From Rhizomicrobium sp. (GTDB lineage Bacteria > Pseudomonadota > Alphaproteobacteria > Micropepsales > Micropepsaceae), in contig DASXXW010000097.1 of assembly GCA_036502865.1 (NCBI GenBank), positions 1 to 54,851 of the forward strand: 54,851 bases of DNA, in the 5' to 3' direction. Made by a program: the position numbers and the translations under genes. Positions 49,778-54,851 of this stretch are shown in pieces; within the stretch, counting starts at the first letter, position 1, and each line of letters starts with the position of its first letter. Below the pieces are notes generated by a model. It was not told the origin of the DNA, did not search any database, and worked only from the letters and a program-made list of their open reading frames with translations.

Positions 49778-50460
49778 GGTGCGGCGGTTGTTTGCGGGGG
49801 CCCGGGCAGAAGCCATGTGCATGAGATGATCGCGGCTCCGGCGCCGGCAAACTGAGCTGCAATGAACAGAGGCACGGACGACGGCGCTATTCCGGAAAAC
49901 GTGTTCGTCAAACTGCGCGCGATAGTGACTGCGGGATTGGCAAACGAAGTGGAGGCTGTGAACCAATAGGCCGCAGTAATATAAAGACCGACCGCAATGG
50001 GTGTAGTATCCGCCCGGTTACGGAGAGTGCCGAAGATCGTCAATACGAGGCCGAACGCTGCAACAAATTCGGAGAAGGCTTGTGCCGGCCCTTCGCGCAA
50101 TCTGGTGGAAATCTGCACGATATTCTCTGCAAACATCAAATGGGCTGCATAAACGCCGGTGATCGCACCAACGACCTGTACGAGGACGTAGAGCACCGTG
50201 AGATGACGGCTTAGTTCGCGCCTCACGAAAAATGCAAGCGAGACAATGGGGTTGAAATGTGCGCCCGACAGCGGGCCGAATATCCAGATCAGGACAACCA
50301 GAATGGCGCCGGTCGGAATCGTGTTGCAGAGCAGCGCCAGCGCCATGTTCCCACCGGCGAGGCGCTCCGCCATGATCCCGGAACCGACGACTGTCGCCAA
50401 CAGCAGCGCCGTCCCCAGTGCTTCGCTCACAAGCCGGCGTGAAAGAGACACATCATTCAT
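49774..50460 (-). CDS. MIP/aquaporin family channel of ars operons (AqpS-like)
   Basis: SGAHFNPI, AYWFTASTSFANPAVT; last gene of the ars operon. Confidence 0.9.
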   Translation of the reverse strand: MNDVSLSRRLVSEALGTALLLATVVGSGIMAERLAGGNMALALLCNTIPTGAILVVLIWIFGPLSGAHFNPIVSLAFFVRRELSRHLTVLYVLVQVVGAITGVYAAHLMFAENIVQISTRLREGPAQAFSEFVAAFGLVLTIFGTLRNRADTTPIAVGLYITAAYWFTASTSFANPAVTIARSLTNTFSGIAPSSVPLFIAAQFAGAGAAIISCTWLLPGPPQTTAAP

Positions 50461-51005
50461 GCGATCAAGCGGCCGGGGCGGGTCGCCGCGCCTATGTCGT
50501 CGAGACGGCGTTGAAGTGACAAGCGATCGAGGCTGCTTACGGGAAGATTCGCGAACAGCTCTATGCGCCGGTGAAGGAATTTGAAGGCATCGCGAAACGC
50601 TTGCGTGACCTGATCCTCACTACCCGCCGCTGCGGCGGGATCAGGAATTCCCCAGTGCGCCGTCATCGGCTGTCCCGGCCACACCGGACAAATTTCATTG
50701 GCCGCGCTGTCACAGACGGTGAAAACAAAATCGAGCGCCGGCGTGCCGGGTGCTGAAAACTCGTTCCAATCCTTGGAGCGGAGACCTTCCGTCGAATAGC
50801 CGAGCCGCCCGAGCAACTCCAGCGTGCGCGGATGCACGACACCTTTGGGCTTCGACCCGGCCGAGTAGGCGTGAAATTTCCCCGTCCCAATTTTGTTCAG
50901 GATCACTTCGCCCATGATCGAACGCGCCGAATTGCCGGTGCAGAGAAAAAGCACGTGATAAGGGCGTTCGGGTGTTTGTGATTGCAAGCGCTCAGCAACC
51001 GGCAT
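50457..51005 (-). CDS. arsC: Arsenate reductase, LMW-PTP family
   Basis: FLCTGNSARS, TVCD, CPVWPG, HWGIPDP; start trimmed to 51005. Confidence 0.92.
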   Translation of the reverse strand: MPVAERLQSQTPERPYHVLFLCTGNSARSIMGEVILNKIGTGKFHAYSAGSKPKGVVHPRTLELLGRLGYSTEGLRSKDWNEFSAPGTPALDFVFTVCDSAANEICPVWPGQPMTAHWGIPDPAAAAGSEDQVTQAFRDAFKFLHRRIELFANLPVSSLDRLSLQRRLDDIGAATRPGRLIA

Positions 51006-51432
51006 TAGTGCCGCACTTGTTCTTGCGCGGCCTGGGAGCTTCGGGCGGGAGTTCGTCCTCGCCATACCGGGTGGCGTTGCGGAAGGTGAAGAATGTTTCC
51101 CAGCGCAGGCCGGAGGGATCGTTTACCCAGGCCTTGTTGGATTGGGCGTAGCAGCAGGTGGTCGCTTCCTGGTCGCGCGTTTCCTCGCCTGCAGATTTGA
51201 GACGGCTGGAGAGTTCGCGCAGCTCATCATCGGACTCGACCTGGATACCGAGGTGATCGACGCCTTTGGCGCCACTGCGCGCGGAGATCGCGAAATTCAC
51301 TTTCGGATCATCAAGCATCCATTTTGCGTAATCCGCTTCGCGGACGCTCGGCTCGGTTGCAAACAGCGTGGAATAGAAGCCTATCGAGCGGACGAGGTCA
51401 TCGACTGCGACGTGAACGTGGAGTCGTTTCAT
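50992..51432 (-). CDS. arsI: ArsI/CadI family VOC metalloenzyme (C-As lyase-like)
   Basis: MKRLHVHV, YAKWML, DHLGIQ, TTCCYA vicinal cysteines, WETF. Confidence 0.88.
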   Translation of the reverse strand: MKRLHVHVAVDDLVRSIGFYSTLFATEPSVREADYAKWMLDDPKVNFAISARSGAKGVDHLGIQVESDDELRELSSRLKSAGEETRDQEATTCCYAQSNKAWVNDPSGLRWETFFTFRNATRYGEDELPPEAPRPRKNKCGTNAGC

Positions 51433-51781
51433 GAAGCGTTCCTTTTCTTTGGTTGCAACTCAGCGCAATATCCGTCAGCGGCGCGCATTGTTCGGGACTT
51501 CCCGCGCAGCAATCTTCAGTGAGGAACACGAGTAGATCGCGCATGGTGTCGAAATCGGCGGAGTAGATGATCGAGCGGCCGTCGCGGCGCGCGCGCACGA
51601 GTTGCGCATTGGCCAGCACGAGGAGTTGTGCGGAAAGCGTATTCCCCGGCACTTCGAGTGAGCGGGCGATTTCCCCTGCGGCCATACCGTTCGGTCCCGC
51701 CTTCACGAGTGCGCGAATGACGGAAAGCCGCCCGTCCTGGGCAAGCGCCGAAAGCCGCTTGACGGCGTTATATATTTCCAT
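51398..51781 (-). CDS. arsR: ArsR/SmtB family repressor
   Basis: LSALAQDGRL, GMAAGEIA, RDGRSIIY, FLTEDCC...C C-terminal cysteines. Confidence 0.92.
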   Translation of the reverse strand: MEIYNAVKRLSALAQDGRLSVIRALVKAGPNGMAAGEIARSLEVPGNTLSAQLLVLANAQLVRARRDGRSIIYSADFDTMRDLLVFLTEDCCAGSPEQCAPLTDIALSCNQRKGTLHETTPRSRRSR

Positions 51782-51803
51782 AGTTCCATAATTGTGGAAA
51801 TAT
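51772..51803. promoter_or_regulatory. Putative ArsR operator
   Basis: ATATTTCCA (51772-51780) ... TGGAAATAT (51795-51803) inverted repeat spanning the arsR start codon. Confidence 0.6.
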
Positions 51804-51891
51804 TGTATCGAGTCAATAGAGTGCCGGTCGCTTGGCGGCGCCTGCTCGCAATCAACTGGAACGAGCCATTTCCCCGTGATACGAACGGCGT

Positions 51892-52000
51892 CCCCTTGGG
51901 GAGTAGCCGTCCGCGGGAAGCGGAGGCCGCGTCAACATACTTGGCTTCGGCCATGGCGCGGATCGGCGGATCAATTCGATCCGATTGGCGAGACCAACGG
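51892..52000 (+). ncRNA. yybP-ykoY manganese riboswitch
   Basis: TTGGGGAGTAGCC...CGTCAACATACTTGG...CCATGGCGCGG...TGGCGAGACCAA signature upstream of a TMEM165/GDT1 gene. Confidence 0.93.
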
Positions 52001-52063
52001 CGTAGCGCTCCCGGCTGGCGGGCGTGATCGTCGTTGTCCATCGCCAGCCCGAGGAGCGCAGTC

Positions 52064-52636
52064 CTGCATAGTTTTGCGATTTCGGCGGTTCTGGTTGCGC
52101 TGGCGGAAATGGGCGACCGCTCGCAAGTCCTTGCGATCGTGCTCGCGAGCCGGTATCGCCGCGCGCTTCCGATCCTCGCGGGTATTCTCGTCGCGACCAT
52201 CGTCAATAATGGCGTTGCAGCCCTCGTAGGCTACTACCTCGGCGGATTGCTGGCGGCGAACTGGTTCAAATATCTCGTCTCGGCTTCTTTCATTGCCATG
52301 GCGGCATGGGCGCTGCTCCCCGACCGTGACAGTGCAAAGACGGAGCACGAATCCCGTTTCGGCATCTTTATCACCACCGTGCTTGCGTTCTCGCTTGTCG
52401 AACTCGGCGACAAAACACAAATCGCTACGATTGCGCTCGCGGCACGTTTTCATGATGTCGTTGCCGTGGCCGCCGGCACAACCTTGGGCATGTTGCTCGC
52501 AGACGTGCCGGCTGTATTTTTAGGCGAAACACTGACCAGGTATTTGCCGGTCAAATATCTTCGCTATTTTGCGGCATTGCTTTATCTGACTCTCGGATTT
52601 TGGGGCATCGCATCGGTGGCAGGCTGGATTCGATGA
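52064..52636 (+). CDS. TMEM165/GDT1 (UPF0016) manganese exporter, MneA-like
   Basis: AEMGDRSQ and VELGDKTQ repeated motifs; RBS GAGGAG (52051-52056) suggests a CTG start at 52064. Confidence 0.92.
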   Translation: MHSFAISAVLVALAEMGDRSQVLAIVLASRYRRALPILAGILVATIVNNGVAALVGYYLGGLLAANWFKYLVSASFIAMAAWALLPDRDSAKTEHESRFGIFITTVLAFSLVELGDKTQIATIALAARFHDVVAVAAGTTLGMLLADVPAVFLGETLTRYLPVKYLRYFAALLYLTLGFWGIASVAGWIR

Positions 52637-52827
52637 TGCTCCATCCTGTCAAACAGATATTCGTTGTCATCGTTGTTCTTTGCATCGGTGCAATCGGCGC
52701 CTATCTCCTCCGCGCGGGTCGCGGGCGGGATGGAGACGCCAGGCTGCTACGCATTTTCGGGATCGGAATCCTGGCTCTGTTCGTGGCGGCGATCTGCTGG
52801 CTCGTTTCGGTCTCTCTGGCGTCGTGA
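52633..52827 (+). CDS. Small two-TM hypothetical membrane protein
   Basis: ATGA overlap with the exporter stop; 64 aa; two hydrophobic segments separated by an Arg-rich loop. Confidence 0.55.
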   Translation: MMLHPVKQIFVVIVVLCIGAIGAYLLRAGRGRDGDARLLRIFGIGILALFVAAICWLVSVSLAS

Positions 52828-52830
52828 GAT

Positions 52831-53075
52831 ATAGATGCTCTGACGGTTTCGGTCTTGTTGCTGTCGGCGCGGTGCTCGGCACGTACGCGCTCGAAGACCG
52901 GAGCCATCGGTATATTCTGGGCTTTGCAGCTTCCTGTCTGCCCGGTTCGGTCTATGGGTTTTTGCAGGGTGCGTGGCCATTCGGCCTGCTTGAGGCGCTT
53001 TGGGCCCCCGTCGCGCTAACGGGCCAACACACGCGGTCTTTTTGGGGCTTTGCGGCTTCCACCCGCCGGGATTAG
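52831..53075 (+). pseudogene. Degraded small membrane protein gene
   Basis: ATA-GAT-GCT-CTG-ACG (IDALT) then a frameshift into FGLVAV...YALEDRS...YGFLQGAWPFGLLEALW, recalled as a conserved small membrane family. Confidence 0.6.
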
Positions 53076-53125
53076 GCCCCACCGAAAGGGTGTGCAGGCC
53101 AAAAGAATTACGTTAAGGTGATCTC

Positions 53126-53569
53126 ATGCTTGGCAAGGCAGATACTCTGGGCCGGATTGAAACGCTCTGCGCAGAGCGGGGGCTGCGTATGACGGATCAG
53201 CGCCGCGTGATCGCGCGTGTGCTGTCGGAGTCCGCCGATCACCCCGACGCGGAGGAGTTGTACCGGCGCGCTTCGGCCGTCGATCCTCATATTTCGATTG
53301 CCACCGTGTACCGCACGGTCAAGCTGTTCGAGGATGCCGGTATTCTCGAACGCCATGATTTCCGCGATGGCCGCTCCCGATATGAGGAAGTGCCGGATGC
53401 CCATCACGACCACCTCATCGATGTACAGTCGGGCCGGGTGATCGAATTCCGCAACGAGGAAATCGAAGCTCTTCAGCGAAAAGTCGCCGAAGAACTCGGT
53501 TTCGAGCTGGTCGATCACCGGCTGGAACTCTATGGCGTGCCGAAGGGCGCGAAAAATAGCGGACGCTGA
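53126..53569 (+). CDS. fur: Fur family regulator (alphaproteobacterial Fur/Mur)
   Basis: GLRMTDQRR, DHPDAEEL, ISIATVYRT, HHDHLID. Confidence 0.93.
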   Translation: MLGKADTLGRIETLCAERGLRMTDQRRVIARVLSESADHPDAEELYRRASAVDPHISIATVYRTVKLFEDAGILERHDFRDGRSRYEEVPDAHHDHLIDVQSGRVIEFRNEEIEALQRKVAEELGFELVDHRLELYGVPKGAKNSGR

Positions 53570-53570
53570 C

Positions 53571-54422
53571 GTGCAGGTTTTGCGTGCCGCCGGAATATTG
53601 TTCGTATTCCTGTTTGTGACCTTTCTGCTTATTCCGTGGCAGGAATCGGCGTTGCGACTGCGTCTCAAACGCCGGAAGACATTTCCGCATCGCTATCACG
53701 TGTTTCTTTGCCGCCTGTTCGGCATCCGCGTGACCGTGGTGGGCGAGCCCATTCAGTCGCGCGGCGTGCTGATGGTCGCCAACCACACCTCCTATTTCGA
53801 CATATTGGTGTTCTCCGCTGCCGCGCGCGTGTCGTTCATCGCCAAGGCCGAGGTCAAAGGATGGCCGCTCGCAGGTACGCTTGCCCGGCTCCAGGAGACT
53901 GTCTTCATCGCGCGGGAGAAACGGGCCCAGACGGGAGTGGCGCGCGATGTGATCAGTCAGCGCCTGATCGATGGCGACGCGCTGATTTTGTTTCCGGAAG
54001 GAACGTCCGATGACGGCAACAGGGTTTTGCCGTTCAAGAGTGCACTGCTCGGCGCGGCGGAAACGGAAATCGGCACCGACGCGGATGGCCGTCCGCGTCA
54101 TGTTCCGGTCCAGCCCGTCTCCATTTCCTATGTCGGCTTCTACGGCCTGCCGATGGGTCGGGACATGCGTCCGCTTTTCGCCTGGTACGCCGACATGGAT
54201 CTCGTTCCCCATCTCTGGGAAGCATTGACGATGGGACCCTTCGAGGCGGTTGTGGAATTCCATCAACCCCTCACCATCGATGAAACAGGAGGCCGAAAGG
54301 CACTCGCGGGTATCGCCGAGACAATCATACGCCGCGGGCAGGCGCGTGCACTTGCAGGGTTACCACTGCCGGCGGAAACAAATGTTTTACCCGGCGCTCC
54401 GACAATGGAAGCCGCTGCATGA
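53571..54422 (+). CDS. Lysophospholipid acyltransferase (PlsC/OlsA-like)
   Basis: NHTSYFD, FIAK, LFPEGT; start set to the GTG just after the fur stop. Confidence 0.9.
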   Translation: MQVLRAAGILFVFLFVTFLLIPWQESALRLRLKRRKTFPHRYHVFLCRLFGIRVTVVGEPIQSRGVLMVANHTSYFDILVFSAAARVSFIAKAEVKGWPLAGTLARLQETVFIAREKRAQTGVARDVISQRLIDGDALILFPEGTSDDGNRVLPFKSALLGAAETEIGTDADGRPRHVPVQPVSISYVGFYGLPMGRDMRPLFAWYADMDLVPHLWEALTMGPFEAVVEFHQPLTIDETGGRKALAGIAETIIRRGQARALAGLPLPAETNVLPGAPTMEAAA

Positions 54423-54507
54423 TTAGCCAAATGTTACTTCGTGATGGTCATCCGTGGGATGTTCCGGGTGATGCGATAACGAAACGGATGCGGGTACTTG
54501 CAGGTTC

Positions 54508-54851
54508 ATGAAAAAGCTCTTCGTCAAGACCTTCGGTTGCCAGATGAACGTCTATGATTCCGAACGCATGACGGAATTACTTGCCGGCATCGGCTACGCG
54601 CCCGCGCTTGCACCCGAAGATGCCGACATGGTGATCCTCAACACCTGTCATATCCGCGAGAAAGCCGCGGAGAAGATGTATTCCGAACTTGGCCGCCTGC
54701 GCCGCCTCAAAGAGAGGAAGGCCGAGTCCGGGCGGCCCATGCTGATTGCTGTCGCGGGCTGTGTGGCGCAGGCCGAAGGTCAGGAGATCATCGCCCGGCA
54801 GAGCGCGGTCGACATGGTTGTAGGTCCGCAATCCTATCATCGCCTGCCGGA
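54508..54851 (+). CDS. miaB: tRNA methylthiotransferase MiaB (partial, runs off the window)
   Basis: [37 protein letters not shown] read directly from the sequence. Confidence 0.95.
   Translation, partial: MKKLFVKTFGCQMNVYDSERMTELLAGIGYAPALAPEDADMVILNTCHIREKAAEKMYSELGRLRRLKERKAESGRPMLIAVAGCVAQAEGQEIIARQSAVDMVVGPQSYHRLP

Larger units (their letters stand above)
49774..53120. other. Arsenic/manganese accessory island between rimI and fur
   Basis: TTAAGGTG at 49774-49781 and 53113-53120; interrupts the core tsaB-rimI-fur-plsC-miaB order; no mobility gene. Confidence 0.55.

Noticed and set aside
1-54851. CRISPR array, tRNA/rRNA, integrase, transposase or prophage structural genes
   Set aside because: None recognised by eye in the sequence or ORF track; a tRNAscan/Infernal run would be needed to exclude small RNAs fully

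Overview
GC-rich alphaproteobacterial chromosomal window (inferred from the nfuA-tsaB-rimI...fur-plsC-miaB block, DUF1674/htpX/rsmB, a TipN/GPR-like pole protein and a GTTC-N7-GTTC LexA box). In order: a trimmed anthraniloyl/salicylyl-CoA (abm-type) catabolic operon; a two-gene cassette that looks like an SOS-controlled polymorphic cell-wall toxin plus periplasmic immunity protein; divergent speE/speD with a structured, switch-like speD leader and a PuuA-like glutamylase; several hydrolases; a DUF1800/DUF1501 pair; a dinJ-yafQ module with a frameshifted toxin; a pabB-pabC fusion; a ~20 kb Wzx/Wzy polysaccharide locus (AlgD-like dehydrogenase, four GT4, two AsnB, two AT3 acyltransferases, MBOAT+SGNH, methyltransferase, lyase); a candidate sRNA; core genes; and an arsenic/manganese island (arsR-arsI-arsC-aquaporin, yybP-ykoY riboswitch plus TMEM165/GDT1 exporter) between rimI and fur, flanked by an 8-bp direct repeat. 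All family calls are from motif recognition by eye; no database search was run. No rRNA, tRNA, CRISPR array, integrase or transposase was recognised.
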